The position numbers and the translations under genes are program-made. From Takakia lepidozioides (taxonomy: Eukaryota; Plantae; Bryophyta): DNA of 64,000 bases. The stretch covers positions 44,268,001-44,332,000 of the forward strand of contig CM060731.1 in NCBI GenBank assembly GCA_030704615.1, given 5' to 3'. Positions 25,309-38,400 of the stretch are shown one piece after another; within the stretch, counting starts at the first letter, position 1; every line of letters starts with the position of its first letter. A model generated the notes under the pieces. It was given only the letters and a program-made list of their open reading frames with translations, searched no databases and was not told the DNA's origin.

Positions 25309-27109
25309 AAAAGCAGCTGTGTCTTCAGTTCCTCTCCTCAAATTTCTTCAAGCGAGAAAATCCACCTGGCCTGAGTACAAGATCAGTGTACTACATCTCT
25401 CATCTAAGTCATGTTTCTTGAATCTGACTTGATCTATCACATTCTCAGATCATAACCGATGGGCGGCTAAACCAAACTCTTCAAAAAAGCGGCTGGGTTG
25501 GACTGCGCCGGATTCGTTGTCTGGGCTTGGGGAACTCATTTGAACAAATTTTCTAGTGATGTAAGCTCGGTAATTGCTAGGACTGAGGTGTGTTGCATGT
25601 CTATTTCAGGTTATGTGATGAGCAAGAGACATTCTGTTGTTGTGAGCCACTAGTTGCAATGACAGCTGGTCGCTTATCTTCCATGCAAGGTATGTCGTTC
25701 GCGAAATTGATTGGATCGGCTGATTGATGACTTTGTCATGTGTGAGTACTTATGTTGTCCATGATCTTGAGGTCCACATATTAGATGAATATCTAAGTAA
25801 CAAGTCTAACTTTGAACTAGTTAAAAACTGTCTTGATACTCTGACACTAGGCATTGAGTCTAGCAGCTCTATCTCTAGATACACTGCATTCTAACCTCGA
25901 GGCGTATGTATTGTTGGGCACAAAAGCCGGAAGGGTGTGCAGGAATTTTATGACCGGTTTGTGGAAATTAGTCTTCATCAGCAATTTTATATTTCAAGAA
26001 GAATTGTTTTGTGTTACTCATAAAAGAGCTAACTCTAGCAAGACGAAATATTAGATCCAGCGCAAGAACACGAGAAACTATTGAAACATGTAAAGGACTG
26101 GGTGTTGCTGATTGACGAGAATCTCAGATGTTTACATGGAGTCCCTGCAAAAAATTTATTATGTAGTTAAAATTCATCAAGAGGTATCCTTTTAAGCTAA
26201 GGAGGTTGAAGTAAACTCTGATTTAATCATATACACTGGATTGAATCCTTTGAGAAGAGTCACACGAATAGCTCATAAGGTCACTAGGAGCACTTGCTCG
26301 CATATCATGAGTCAAGCGGAAATATCATGGAATACAACTCTAATAGTAGCTATAGGTTTCGAGACTGCCCTTAGATGTTATAATGCTCGTTATAATGTAG
26401 AAGACACAAGTTTGTTTTCGAGTTGCGGTATTCGAAAACCAAGTAAGTCTAGTTGCAGAAACCGCAACTACAAAGGGGTGCGATATAATTTAGAATAGTC
26501 CAACAAGTGGATGGAGATTTGAAAGAGATGTTACGAGTATTAGCACACAACCTGGAAGAAAGCAACGTCATGGCATGGTAGCTCTACCTCATGTGTGTGT
26601 TTGTATTTATTACCTGCATAGAGGGCGTGATGTATCCCCAGGAAAAGGGGACATGCATGAATTGCCTAACCAAGCAGTTGATCAAGATTAACATCATAAA
26701 GTGCATGTTGAAAATTCAGTCTAGGTTGAGTGTTGTGGTTTGACATTCTAGCGAGCTCTAGTGAGTCGTCCATTGTACAATTTTGATGAGTGCAAGACGA
26801 CTTCATGGTCTCAGTTACTCACAGGAGAATGAAAGACGCTGAGAAATTAGTGTTATTGTACAAGGATTGAAAAAATCAGATTGACATTACTGTTTTGGAC
26901 TTCATCTCTTGTGTTCAGTATTCGTAGATTTTTACAAATGTTACTTAGTTTTCTCATAATACAATGGCATCGCCACATTGTGAATCCGGAGGTGGGTTGT
27001 CCGTCTCCTGTACTGTAGCCTTGAACTCCAACTGAATTTTGAAGTAAATAGGGGAGGTTTCTTTCCAGGGAGCAAATAATGTCGGCAGGGAGAACATAAT
27101 TGAGGTATT

Positions 27110-30100
27110 CTACTTCTTGCAAGCTGCATTGGCACCTCCTGGTCCCCCGAAGAAAAAGTAGGTTCCCCAATCTACTCTGTTTCCGTACTGTGTCCATACT
27201 GTATAGCAGTATGGATTGCTCAGAATGGTACTTGATAGTGTGGCGTCCCACAGTGTCATATTTAAGTCTACGAATTGGACAAATTTTTGGTATGCTGCCC
27301 CAGGATAACCCGCAGTTGGGAAATTCCCTGAACCCATGGCTGTGGTTGTGTAGTTCGAAGCTAGAGCGGAAGGCGCAACTTCACCACCCCATTGTACCCA
27401 CAATGCTGAATTCTTCAGTGAGTTGTAGATAGTCGAGGGCCAGTAGCCGATATACTCTTGACCAATCATGAGCCACCAGTTTCCGTCCTGGACGTCCTGC
27501 CGTAAGATGAGGCACAAATTTCCCAGATTAACACGAGCGAACATGACAGTAAGGTGGATTGTGTGCCATCGACAGCAGCTTCACTCCTACACGAATGCCC
27601 ATGACTGTGACATTATTGACAGCTCTAAGTGGCTGCTCGTGTGTTCGAGTAGTTACTTAATTCCAGTTGGGTTAACGAATATAACTAGTTCTATTCCTCA
27701 AGGATCCAAACTCCGAACCCTTTCACAATGGTCAAATCTAGTCTCGCATCACAGACAAAAAGCCTTCGGGCTCACACAGTTGGATTTAGGTGTAAACCTA
27801 CTCCCGAATGGAAAGCCTCATTCTCTTGTCATGCACGATCCACAAAATGCCTGAATTCTCACCGTAGCTGATCTCAATCACGAATGATGAGCTAGCTGCA
27901 CTCGGTCCACCAATCGACATACTACATGTCATCTTACCTTGAAAATTAGAAGCGAGGCTTCATATTCTGATGAAGAGCCTGAATTGAGAGTGGTATAGTC
28001 AGTAAAGGCTCCACCCAGCACCCATTTCGTGCTTGTTTGCACAAATCCTGCACATTGCAGGTTGTAGCATCCTGTTGACTTGTAGGCGTCAGCCTGCATT
28101 GCCATTCACCCAGCTCATAAGGCACCCATTGATTTAATTGTCCTGCTCTGGTATTTTGAACACTTTTGCAATTAAATCTGCGCGTTTAGATGTGGAAACC
28201 ATGTATCAACATGTATCTTCTTCGGACCATTTAAAGCTTGAAAACCATGGCTAGGAACTCGTGATCGATGAGACTACATCTCAAGCCTGGGAGCCCTCTT
28301 AAAATCGGCCACATAGGGCATGTGTTTTGAGGTACAACCACAATCAGCGCACACTGTTTGAGCCCCCCTTCTCATTGTGTGTTTCATGTTAAAATTGGCC
28401 ACATGGGTTGAATCCACCCCTTATAGGAAGCTTGTTTTTCATGTTCAAAACGGCCACAAATGGCATCTCTCTCAAGTTCAATCCACACTTACCTGGCAGC
28501 TCAAACAATGTGCGGCAACGCACACTGTTTGAGCACCCCTTGTCATTGTTTTTTTCATGTGAAAATCGCGCACACAGGGGCCTCTATGTAAGGTACATTC
28601 CACCCCTATTTGGAAGCTCAAACAATGTGCGGCAATGCACACTGTTTGAGCCCCCACTTGACATTATTGTTTCAAGTTAAATTTGGCCACAAAGGGCCTC
28701 TCTGTCCACACATGGACACATACCTGGCAGTTCAAACAGTGTGCGGCAACGCACACTGTTTGACCACCCCTTGTCATTGTTTTTTTCATGTGAAAATCGT
28801 GCACACAGGGCCTCTATGTAAGGTTCATTCCACCCCTATTTGGAAGCTCAAACAGTGTGCGGCAACGCACACTATTTGAGCCCCCATTTTGCCTTGTTTT
28901 TCTTGTTCAAAACGGCCACAAATGGCATCTCTGTCCGGTTCAATCCACACCACTTACGTGGCAGCTCAAGCAGTGTGCGTTGACGCACACTGTTTGAGCC
29001 CCCCTTGTCATTGTTTTTTTCATGTGAAAATCGTGCACACAAGGGGCCTCTCTGTGAGGTTTATTCCACCCCTATTTGGAAGCTCGAGCAATGTGCGTTG
29101 ACGCACTGTTTGTGCCACTTTTTTGGTTGTTTGGGGCTTTTCGTCTCGACAGCCTTCTTTGATAAAGTCTAGCCAGTCGATGCATCAGTGCTCAAATTAT
29201 TATGATCAGGACTATCAAGTTATTTGTAAGGTCCATGACGCACTACGGGCAAGTACAGGTCTAGTACCGTCCAATATATGAAGAGATGTGGAGCTGTATC
29301 GCCGTAGGCTGCCGGGTATACCTGCGCGATTCAAGTCGAGAATGCAATTCATTAACAAATTCTCGGTACCCTAACAAAAATGTAGTCAATTCAGAATATC
29401 GTTCTAGTGTCAGCTCCCTTCATTCGCTCTACCAAATCTTGGCCTTGTTACAGTATACTGCAATGAGCTGCACGTTGAGAATCTGATCAAGGTGCTATTA
29501 CGTTGAATTTCGGAATATCACGTCACCAGAGACTTCGGGGTTAATTTATACACACCTGCCAGCCTACTTCGGCTGTGTTCAAGGAACCATCCGAGTAGCT
29601 TCCTGCCACAACCCAGAGCTGGGAGAGGCTGAATTCCACGTCCTTGTCTTGGATAGCGGGATCATTCACACTTAAAACCGCTGCGGATCCTCCATAGGTT
29701 CCTTGGGCCATCTCGGCCACTGCATACTGCACAATGTACAGTCGTGGCACTGATCATTTAAAGGTCAAATATAGCGTCTATAAACGTCCGTTATATGTAC
29801 CAGCAGATTATCATGATTTATAAAACTTGTCGACCTCATGAGATCAGCGGTAAGAGTAGTGACTTCATACTCAAATGTATCGTGTACATCAAATGTACGA
29901 GTAGCGTCAAAACTTCTAAGTACATCAGAGCTCCCCACCATGAACCTTTCCGTCTAATCTTCTTTTTCAAAACTGAAGAATCGACCTGGTCGTGCCACGA
30001 TTATTTACTATATCATGTTCAGACCCGTATCCCTAGGCTTTCCGAGTGTGGAAGTTCCTATCTAGCTTCGCCAGGATTGACCCACTAAAGTAGGGTCAGC

Positions 30101-31734
30101 ACCGATAACTTGAGAGTGGTCAAATTCGTCCTGTAAGGCCGTTATTGTTGGTCTGATGCACATTCAGCAATGAAAGATCATTTACCCCATCTTTTCACCC
30201 ACTTTAGGGGATGGAATGAAATTTATGGATAAGACTCTAGACTTGGTCAAACTTTTGTTCACGACCAAGAGCGTAATCTTCACACTTGGACATCTGATCA
30301 ATTCGTTTTCTTCAAATCGGAGATTTCGACACGCAAGTCGTGGAGGGACCCAGCACCACAAAAGGATCACTCGGCTCCACATCGAGAAGTAATATGCGAA
30401 AATATTCTTCTGCCTGTACGTTCCCCAAGAGAGGATCATATGTGGGACTCACAAAGATCACATGTAACCTGGCTAATTATGAAAACAAAATTGTGGAGAC
30501 GATATGCGCCCTTGTAAGTAGTAATCGAGGTTCCCATGGCTCTGCTGCAAAGGCTACCTTGGTATAACATCATGGCCCAAGCTCCTGCAACGTCCTTGAA
30601 CTGAGTTGGCTTCGAATATATGCAGGCTCACAGGGTCTGTTCTAGAACAGACGTAGACACAGACACATAAATGGTTATAGATCTATTGTATATTTGATTC
30701 ACCTGGTGATGATGACTTCAAATTAGGAAGGTCCGCAAGTCTAACCTGGTGAGCTCCTACTCCATCCCCGCTTTTAGGCAATTGGAATGCCTCAATATCG
30801 CGCTTGGGATGATGCTTTTTATAGTGAAGTGGTTGATCGGCCCCCTTCCGGTGAACAGGAATGGTTCCTTCAGGACAGCCGCCATGCTCCTGATAAAACA
30901 GTTGTTCACGGTTGTTTGCACTTTGAGGCCTGTCCTTCAAATGAGTCGGCATAGACGATGGCTCCATCTATATTAGAACATGTAGGCAAGAAGCGTTGGG
31001 TTAAGACTCAAGTTCCCATGTCGATATCTTAGACAAAGTGGCATGCGATAGACAGAATGAGTTATATGGGTAAAATACAAGATTTCCTTCAAATGTTGCA
31101 TACCTTTATAACGTGATCCTTGAGGGAGGGGTGACGAAATGCAATCTGTTCTTCAATTCGGACACAGTCCACATGACTACCATCTGAAACCTGCGAATAG
31201 TTATCCTACATCAAACCTTAAAAGAGTCGAATCTGCTGCTGTTCTGAAATGAAGCTCTCTAGAGATACTGGGTCATGAAATTTCAGCTCCTAGACACCAT
31301 ATAGTGGCCGACACTATATGAAGAGCCCTAGAAGTGGGATCATCAGCGCGACGTGGGGGTACACAAAAAACAATAAACTGATCAGATAGAGGTCTTATAA
31401 GCGGCTTCTTGTTAATTGCAGATCTCTACTAGCTGGCCAGTTTCAAAGTTGTAATATCACAAGAATTGCAACCCGCAGCTTAAACCTGAAAATTTTCGTA
31501 CTGATCAGTGCGGCTGGGCGTGTTCCTAAGATTCAGAGATCAAAAGTCGGTACTAGGTTGGACCTGGTAGGACTCGAGAGCAGGTCCATGCTGCATAGCT
31601 CTGTCGATATTGCTATCTGTTGTTTGTAGCTTTCTTGCTTGGGTCAGCGCTATCGTGCAAAGCAGTAATTGTATACACGTGACGAGCCAACCAGTTGCCG
31701 TGAAACTGATTAGTCTGCATTTCTCTGTTCCCAT
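27110..31734 (-). CDS. Neprosin-family (DUF239) glutamic prolyl endopeptidase, ~415 aa; exons 31734-31564, 31190-31104, 30967-30746, 29726-29556, 29321-29268, 28093-27938, 27496-27110
   Basis: Signal peptide, activation peptide (DGSHVDCVRIEEQIAFRHPSLK, CPEGTIPV), EFSLSQLWV, AEVGWQVYP, FIYWTADAY..TGCYNLQCAGFVQ, GNWWL, IGYWP, WGGEV, MGSGNFP, YFFFGGPG. All splice sites are GT-AG and in phase. Confidence 0.93.
28290..29115 (+). repeat. Intronic minisatellite, ~115-120-bp alternating A/B subunits
   Basis: CACACTGTTTGAGCCCCC-like motif recurs at about 28350, 28521, 28638, 28752, 28867, 28987 and 29102. Confidence 0.85.
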
Positions 31735-33829
31735 AACAATAATTGGATGCACGCCAGCACACGGTCTGCGTAATGATGTAGCTTGTTAGAACCTGCAGGT
31801 GTGTTTCAGGATGCACAAAGCTGTGTGTGAGGTCGGTATGTAGAATGAACTCCGTATTACAGGAGGTAGATCGTTGGAACCAATTGGACAGTCCATTGAC
31901 TCGAGTCACAATTGACAGGACGTGCAGCACATATCACATTGTACAGCTGCATCTAGCTCGTGATAATATGCAGCCAAAAGTCGACCGGCAGGAGTCAAGT
32001 GCGTAGTTTTCCTATAAGGGCATGGGCAAGTTTAGTAGCTAGCTCGAGTGAGCACATGAGACAATGTACACCTCCGGTTATAGTTTGGTCTAGAGATCTT
32101 ATTGCATGGATGGAGGGAGAAGGAGCGAGAGCAAGAGAAAGAGAGCTAGCAGAGGGAAGAAGAACATTAGAACATCAAAAAGAAAGAGCATGAGAAAATC
32201 TGTAGATCTACTCTGTACTCAGATGCACGACAAACGAAAAACTTGAAGTGAACTCGTCTTATGAGTATCGATTTTGCAAACCATATCTAGAATACGAGCC
32301 ACTGGGCGAAGACCGGCACGAACAAGCTTCCATTTTAGGTCCTGGGACGGCCAAGTCAAAGAGAGATCCGCCGTCGTTGGAAGCTCGGGGGCAGCTACGG
32401 CTGCTTCCCCTTCGTCAAACTCGGATCCTTTTCTCACTTGACTGTGCGCAACACAACACGACACTTCAGGCCTACTCCGTCAAGCAGGCAGGGGCTATTC
32501 CTGAAGGTCGAAAAAAGGGAGAGGATTGGAGCGGCCAATGGGGAGGGAGAGCAATGGTGTTGGAATCGATGAGTGAGGCCACGTCTGAGGTAGCATAGAA
32601 ATAGGATATGCGAGGGCGGTGGGCCCTCCTTCTAGTTTTAGAGCTTTCCAAAGTTTTCAATTACTGTAGGACGAGGCTGGCCCCCTTTCTACAAGGCTCC
32701 ACCACTCTTGAAAGAGGGCCAAGGCTTACTACGAGACGTCTCTTCCGCCTCCACCTTACTTTCCTGGGCTCCTGGAACCTGAACCATGAATGGAAATGTC
32801 ACTTGTCGATATGGCTCTTCCCACAGTGTGGGGTTGCCCGACCTTCCCAAGCTGGCCAAATGAGTTGGGGTACATCATACTAGTCGATACTTATAGCACG
32901 AGAAAAAAGAAAAAAAGTGAAGGCATTGCTGAAGCAAGCGTAACTTGGTGTCCCGTGGGAGATTATGCACGCCATCTTTTCCTTACACTGTCATCTTTCA
33001 TGTTAGATGCCCCAATCTGAGCCGTCCATAGCGAAAAGAAACGGGAAATAAATCCTACGTCTTTACGCAGTGTAAGTCCCCCACCCTCGGGCAGGTACCT
33101 ATGGTATTCGTGTCGTGTCACTCCCCTCACACAATCGATTGTGACGTAGCCGTTGGTTGGGCCTTGGTTAGAGTGGGGTCCGATCAACTCACAAAATACA
33201 TTAGACAATACGGGCTCAGTTAAATTGAGATGGGCTTTCTCAATGAGTAGATCTGATTCAAAAATTGCTTAACGTTGGAAGACAATAGGAATAACGTAAG
33301 AACTTAATGGACGCGTGTGATCTGACAGTACTTTTGTATTAGGGAAGGGTCGTTCCCAAGGCCCTTCCTGAATTTGAGAGCACCGGCAACGAGGGCGGAG
33401 CCTGAGTTCCGGGTGCTCGAAAATTCAGGAAGGGCCTTGGGACTACCCTTCCCCAACGTGAAAAACTGGGAAATTTTTCTTTCCCGCTCCTTGCCCCGCA
33501 AATGGGGGGACGCTTCCACACGCGGAAGGTACTTCCCGCAAATTGGGGGACCCTTCCAAAAGCGGAAGGTACTTTTCGTTAAACGGGGAACCTTGCAGCC
33601 AGGGAGGCTCCTTGAATTACAATAGAAAAAAATTTGCCTATGTTTTATGAGGGTTTGGGGAACCTGGGCTTCTGGGGCGGGGCCCCTGTCAAATCCTCCC
33701 CACCCACTCTTATCTCCGTTTCACTATTAAATACTTCCAAATCCGAGTTAGATGCAAGCTGTGGTGGGTAGTGTGACGGTAAGGTTGAGTTGTCGAGGTG
33801 GCGAGTTCGATTCTTGATAGGAGGCTCCT

Positions 33830-34170
33830 GTAGCGTAACCCCGGTCGATTTAACCCCACTTGGTCTCAACCTTTGACTAAGTCCAAATGTGGCTGACCAG
33901 AGTTACATGAGAAACCGGGGTTACAGAGGGTTACACCAATCGGAGGGTTACACTGACTGGAGTTACACTCCATTCTGTGTAAGCCCGTGTGGAGTTACAC
34001 ACCTTGTCGTGTAACCTGATGTAACCCCAAGTGGAGTTACACCTTGTCGTGCAACCCAGTGTAACCCTGACTGGAGTTGACACTCCTTCAGTTCCATGTC
34101 GAGGGTGGGGAAGATTTGACATGTTGGAAACCGGCGTACAGGGCGTACCATCCTGTCAGAGATTACACGT
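33830..34170. repeat. Cluster of GTTACAC/GTGTAAC direct and inverted motifs (probable DNA-transposon subterminal relic)
   Basis: Repeated GGAGTTACAC...GTGTAACC units. No termini identified. Confidence 0.5.
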
Positions 34171-35423
34171 GTGCATTAAGTTCTTACATTATTCCTATTA
34201 TCTTCCGTTAATATGGGTCTATAGTACAGAGGGATCAGCATACGACTAACCACGAAGGCCACCCGTTGGATTTTGTATGTGAGTGGTGCGGATCCTCGAA
34301 AGTACAAAAAAATCTATACATGGGTGCCATTCCCATTTTCTGAAGTAAAAATCTGCTGAAGAAGTGATCAGTCACAGGAGGGTGGTGGTATGGATGCTGC
34401 TACCTCAGGCACCCATGAAGTGCTGGAAAACTAACCTGGTTTCAAATCTAGGACACATGGGAACCGTTATAAGTTTTGGGGGGAGGTCATCGGCAGTCAG
34501 AGATACATTTATGCCAGTCATAAGACGATTGCCTCGTGTGGAATCGGACAGATGCAAGTGGACGTGTGCATCACTGGAAGTAAAGAGAAACCCATCAGCC
34601 CAGAGTTTGTGAAATGAAGGAGAAAACTCGTTGTACAACTGGATCCAAAGATACCACAAAACGGCCACACTGAAGCAAAGTGCTGTATTGTGCTTAATAC
34701 CCCTCAATGTTGTGAAGAAACGAGTACAATTTTCTATCACTAACACTTGCAGCCAAAGCCATGCGACCTGCAATGCTCCACTGCAGCCTTCGTCGAACTT
34801 CTTCAAGCGACCGATCCGCGTTCATGAGATCCTTGTTTCCAATCTCACTTCGAGGTTGAATGCTCCACTGTCGCAGACCACTCTTTGGGTCCTCATTTCA
34901 GGACTACCCCAAGAATGGCTTGTCAAAATATGCAGCATCTACAAAATTATTGGTTGTAAAAGCTCTCCGTATTCTGAGATTGCGGAGAGAGGCATTGTCT
35001 GACCAAAGCGTGGCTGGAAACTTAGTGTCTCAGGAAGCTGATCGGGTTGCACCAGAAGACACCTGATCCACAGTCGGCCTACCACTTGTAAGGAGAAACA
35101 CACAGCTGCTATTATGGGCTGGCGAGAGAGTCCAGAAACAGCTTTCCCGACCCCTCTCATATCAATTTAATAGGCCTGAAGCAAGAAAACAGGTAGTACT
35201 ATGCTGTACAGGTATAGTTTCGACCTATTTACCTCCAGCCGTCTACAAAATTGGGTAGAGGCAAACAGGTCGAAATGCTTTCTTAATATGAGAGAGGAGC
35301 ACTATAAATTTATGATGTCCACAGGAAAGTGGATTGCATGAGAAGCAAAGAAACGAGCCTCAATTGCTGCTAGAAGACAGAGTACCTCTAGAGAAGGATG
35401 GTTACCACTGTGGTTGGGATGTT

Positions 35424-38400
35424 TTAAGCACGCCCAATATGTTTGGGGACCTTGCCACTGAGCACTTGGATTTTGTGCTCCTTGAGCCGCACCAGCTGCT
35501 CCAGCTTCCTCACCTTCGCCTCCAACAGCTGTTGGTCCACTGAAACTTGATGATTAGAGTACTTTTCCAATTTCTTCAGTGCTTTTCACATCCTCAAAAT
35601 TTGTGGCTGAGATGATGAAGACCTTAAGGTTGAAAAGACATCAATTTTTGTGGTTTAATTAGATTGTACGTGAAAAAAATTTCACCTTATCTTACAACAT
35701 TGTTTTGAAGGCTTTTGAATGGGAAAATTACCTCAATAGTTTCACTAAGCTCTCGGATGTGGGCATCCTTCTCTTCTAGTTTGGCAGCTGCAGGATCTTG
35801 CACACTGCGGCGGGCTGGACTCTGCAAGATGCCACCAAAAACTTAATTTGATGTTCAAAGGACAACAGCCCACCAGCCTTGATGAGGATTGCTCACATCT
35901 TCTCAAAAACTAGAAAGACAGTAGTGTACAGACAGCTATAAATTACCAAGGGAACCGTCCTCTAGAGGAATGGCATTCACTACAGGGTTCGCTCGTATGA
36001 CTTTCTAAGTAGATTTCAAATTGCGGGCATCCTATTTTTCATATGGTGACAAGTGCTGCATCAAGTGAGTAGACACTTTGACACTCATCAAAATACCTCT
36101 GCAATGGTCAGAGAGGGAGATGGAGATGGGTTTCAGAAGTGCTGAATATAAAGTGGATAGCAGCATCTTTTAGACATCCAGGGGGAGGAAGGGCACCTAG
36201 TGCTTACCGTAGCCCTTGAAGAAGGGTATGGGTCTTGTGAAACGCGCCTGCCAGCTCACCCAACCTCATTAGCCCCCTTCACCCTATCTATTTCCCTTAG
36301 CTCTCTTAAGGTACTTTGTCCAAGAAACCAAATTTCAGAATACACTTTCTCTCTACTACTGCCTGTTTAGAAACAACTGATCCCTCATAGAGGTGTTTCA
36401 TTATGAGGATCAGAGATGCCTGGCGGCATATCTACATGAGGAGACCTTAGATCTCCTGAAGTTGAAATGTGTTTCAGGCGGCTTATTGGGGGCCCACATA
36501 ATTTTTGTATCCAGCATTGCTTTCTCCAATAAGCTTTTAGCTTCCTGTGAATGTTTCGAAGTTTTCGTTTTCATTCTTTCCTCCTCTGTGGACTATCTAA
36601 AATCTCTTCCTTTCTTAATTCTCTCTTTGACCAAGGTTCCTCTCTCCTCTCCCCATGGATGACAAATGTAAGAGAAAATAAGAAAGAAACATAGAGGGCC
36701 ACGAGAGCCCATGGGACAGGATAGAACAAACCAAGAACTACTCCGAATACATCAAGTGTCGCCCACTGACAGAGAAAGTAAGAAGGAAATGAAATGAAAT
36801 GATACTTAATGTCTGCAGGGAAAGGAAATGACTTGAAAGGAGATGGTACGTTATAATGTCCATGGGAAGCTCAAAGAGAAATGAAATGAAATGAAATGGA
36901 ACTTTATAACGTCCGCAGAGAAAGAAAGCACAATTCCACCTGAAAATCTGGACAGAGCACAAGAAAAGAAATGAAATGAAAGGGTACTTTATAACGTCCG
37001 CAGAAGCTTATCGGACAGAAGGAAAAACACGAAAGAAGAATAAGACAGAACCACACAAAGAGAGAGCCAAAAAGCAGCCCAAAAGCAACTACTGTTCAAG
37101 GGATTGCCTAAGGGTCAAGGCTCCATGCAGATAAGCTGCCAAGCATTTCTGAACCTCATAATGGAAGACTTCTGTGAGAGATTCGGTTCCACGCAATAGA
37201 CAGTTGAATCTCCCACGGATCTCGTAGTAGAGAGGGCAATAAAAGAATTGTCCTTCAGAAAGAAAGATGCAGATGGTTGTGGACCAAAACCATAGCTGTG
37301 AGAATGCATACATTCTGGAAGGTGTGAGGTTCATTCTTTTATTGGAATCTCGCTCTCGCGAGAACTCGTGCCGTCCTCCATTTTCCCCTTTTGTTTGTGG
37401 CTGCTGAGCCAGTCCTGCACACTCCATACTGATAGTGTTGGCCTTCTTCTCATATCACTCCCTCCCTTGTCTTGTGTATGTCATGCACACAGCTCACAGT
37501 TTGTTCAGCCTTGAAAGAAGCGACAATTATAAACTCAGAATCACCCTCCCCAGAAGACTTTACAACCAAATTAACATCACAGTTGTGGGTACACCAATTT
37601 TGGTTAAAGTTGGCCACACCAGGAGAACTAGACTGCAAAGATCTATGGACAGTGGTCTGGCTCGAGCATGTGCCACAAACTTTTTATTTTGCAGAAACTC
37701 TCTTTTGGTAAGGAAATGAGAAGTTGGGGGAGTACTCATGAGCGTATCTCTCTGGGGACCCGTACTCCATGCACGAGGGTCATGAAAGCGGGATCCATTA
37801 TCGTCCTTACTAATATCCGAATCCTCAAACAATCCATTTGGCTTGTACTTTGCTATCTGTCCATTATCAGAAAATTTCCCAAGGCCCTTTCTTTAAGAAG
37901 AAGTTCAGCCACGTTGCACCCATCTTTTTAGAGATCTTTTCCCATGTAAGATCTTGTGCTCTTTACTCTTCTAATAGCTCCTTATAAACAACCAGATGTT
38001 ACTGCTTGTATTTCATACATGAAGATAATTTTATCGTTCCTTTTGGTTTGAATCTTCAATGTAGTCAGTCAGCATTAGAAGGACATTGAGCCAGCCAAGG
38101 ATACTACTTTGTTGATGTGTATTCACTAGGGGTCATGCTCCGTTGATTCTTTACCTGTGGTAGGGAGAAGGGTCATGTGGGGGTCTACCTTATATTTGAG
38201 AAGCTTTAGGATCCTCTCAATCATCTGCGGCTCACAACTGGCCACTGCCTCCATGTCCTCCTTTGTCAAGGAAAAATGCAGGCGCCTGAACACCTTGACT
38301 GCTCAAACTCCCCAAGACAGGCATATATACCAGTGTTGCTATTTTAATGAAGCCTTATTGTTACTCCCTTCTAGTTGATCACTTCCATTCTTTACTCAGC

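Noticed and set aside
34360-35160. Overlapping 70-130-aa ORFs downstream of SPEF1
   Set aside because: No motif or consistent splice structure found.
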